DNA of 37,063 nt from contig JAGGTB010000053.1 of assembly GCA_021163965.1 (NCBI GenBank), positions 1 to 37,063 on the forward strand. The letters run 5' to 3'. Source of the stretch: Hadesarchaea archaeon. Lineage in GTDB: Archaea > Hadarchaeota > Hadarchaeia > Hadarchaeales > JAGGTB01. The notes beneath the pieces were generated by a model. That model made no database searches and had not been told where the DNA came from. It saw only the letters and a list, made by a program, of their open reading frames with translations. This document shows, piece by piece, positions 35,469 through 37,063 of the stretch. A program made the position numbers and the translations under genes. Each line of letters begins with the position of its first letter. Position 1 is the stretch's first letter.

Positions 35469-36839
35469 TTGGCAGATGTTCTCATTATTGGAGCCGGCCC
35501 GGCTGGTATCTTCGCAGCTTATGAAATATCCGCTAAGTCCGACCTCTCCGTTCTGATAATCGATAAGGGGAAGGACATAAAGGACCGAATGTGTCCAGTC
35601 GCGAAAACAGGGAAGTGCATACGATGCAATCCGTGTGATGTCATGTGCGGGGTCGGGGGCGCTGGGGGGATGTCCGACGGAACTTTAAATCTCCGACACG
35701 ATGTGGGGGGCAACCTAGCAGAATTCACGAAGACCACCGCAGAGGCGACTAACCTCGTCAGGGAAGTGGACTCGATATTCCAAGAGCATGGGGCCCCTAA
35801 GGAAATCTACGGAAAAAACGACGCGGAAACGGAGAAGCTCGCTCGCAAAGCCGCTGCAGCGGGTGTAAAATTCATACCCATTACCCAGCGCCACATAGGC
35901 TCGGAGTATTTACCAGACGTCATCAGCTCGCTGAAGCGCGAACTTGAGTCGCGTGGGGTAAAATTCATGCTTCGCACGGAGGTTGAGAGGATTGAAAAGG
36001 ATTCGGTGATTGTGCATGGAAAGCGGCTGAAGGGGAAATTCATCCTCGCTGCGCCGGGAAGGGCCGGGGCGTTTTGGTTTGCGAAGCAGGCTCAGAGGCT
36101 CGGGATCAAATTTACTCACAGGGCCATCGATGTCGGAGTGCGAGTCGAAGTTCCGGCCGTCGTGATGGATCCGGTGATCAAAATAAGCCGTGACCCCAAG
36201 TTCCACATCATAACCAGGACCTTTGACGATTTCGTCAGAACCTTCTGCACGAACCATCGGGGATTCGTGGTCGAGGAGCAATACGATGACTTCTGCGGCG
36301 TGAACGGGCATGCGATGCGCACCAAGAGATCCGAGAATACGAACTTCGCCTTTCTCTCGCGCGTCGAACTCACTCAACCTGTAACCGATACCACGGCCTA
36401 TGGAAGATCTATCGCGCGTCTAGCAACGACCATTGGAGGAGGAAGACCGCTACTGCAACGGCTCGGGGACTTGCGCCATGGAAAACGATCTACCTGGGAG
36501 CGAATTGAGAGAGGTCACGTGCGACCAACCCTGCGGAGTGTTACCCCCGGAGACATCTCCATGGCCCTACCTGGCCGCGTGGTCACAAACATCAGGGAGG
36601 GCCTAGAGCAACTCGACGAAGTTATCCCGGGAGTTGCCTCGGATGCAACGCTCCTCTACGCCCCGGAGGTCAAGTTCTACGCAGCTAGGATCTACGTGGA
36701 CGAAAACATGGAGACAAACGTGCCTAACCTTTTCGCGGCTGGAGACGGTGCTGGTCTTTCACGCGACATCGTGAATTCCGCCGCAACGGGGATCCTAGCC
36801 GCTAGAGGGATAATGAGAAAAGCTGGGATCGGGATATGA
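35469..36839 (+). CDS. FAD-dependent oxidoreductase (COG2509-like)
   Basis: IIGAGPAG, Cys cluster, GGAGGMSDG, DVGVRVE, RTFCTN, YAPEVKFY, AGDGAG; TTG 35469 after SD GGAGG. Confidence 0.9.
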   Translation: MADVLIIGAGPAGIFAAYEISAKSDLSVLIIDKGKDIKDRMCPVAKTGKCIRCNPCDVMCGVGGAGGMSDGTLNLRHDVGGNLAEFTKTTAEATNLVREVDSIFQEHGAPKEIYGKNDAETEKLARKAAAAGVKFIPITQRHIGSEYLPDVISSLKRELESRGVKFMLRTEVERIEKDSVIVHGKRLKGKFILAAPGRAGAFWFAKQAQRLGIKFTHRAIDVGVRVEVPAVVMDPVIKISRDPKFHIITRTFDDFVRTFCTNHRGFVVEEQYDDFCGVNGHAMRTKRSENTNFAFLSRVELTQPVTDTTAYGRSIARLATTIGGGRPLLQRLGDLRHGKRSTWERIERGHVRPTLRSVTPGDISMALPGRVVTNIREGLEQLDEVIPGVASDATLLYAPEVKFYAARIYVDENMETNVPNLFAAGDGAGLSRDIVNSAATGILAARGIMRKAGIGI

Positions 36840-37008
36840 CCTTTACACGTGAAACGGTCAAACCGTCGCAGGAGGAAACAGGACTGTTACTCCCGCGATA
36901 CTTATTCTTATCCTAGTCCTGACCTACAGCTACGAATAACTCCAAGCCTCAGCCACTTTCGGTCCAATTCCTAGCTATTCCTGATTTTCCCTAGCGCCTA
37001 GTGCTCTT

Positions 37009-37063
37009 GTGACCTCCTCCCCTCGCTCTCGCAAGGGGCTTCCACTTTTCCTTCGCGCTACGC
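37009..37063 (-). mobile_element. second copy (right end) of the IS200/IS605-type element, cut by the window edge
   Basis: 53/55 nt identical to 12794-12848; flanks diverge within 1 nt of GTGAC. Confidence 0.9.

Noticed and set aside
1-37063. CRISPR array, rRNA or tRNA genes
   Set aside because: No regularly spaced repeats or conserved RNA gene motifs seen on either strand.

Overview
Archaeal chromosomal window, probably Euryarchaeota-type; a Hadarchaeota-like lineage is only a guess. Most genes are housekeeping (albA, aspS, geranylgeranyl reductase plus a ferredoxin, FBP aldolase/phosphatase, pcm, fen, rpo6/rpoK, thermosome, carS, dnaG, rimI), alongside a glycosylation cluster and a six-gene operon of prepilin-like proteins. 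Not visible in the ORF track: (i) a 333-bp protein-free IS200/IS605-type element inserted antisense in minD, built as left end + archaeal promoter + TnpB omega-RNA-like scaffold + right end, with a second copy at the window edge; (ii) a ~235-bp IS607-like deletion derivative holding tnpB debris; (iii) a ~200-nt nested RNA structure behind a TATA box that overlaps a small ORF with an in-frame TAG; (iv) rpo6 with no ATG/GTG/TTG start. The window opens with an unusual pair: a MerR/IS607-type HTH + apparently catalytically dead HNH + winged-helix protein, translationally coupled to an ExeA/TnsC-like AAA+ ATPase. No rRNA, tRNA or CRISPR array was found. All calls come from motif recognition by eye; no searches were run.
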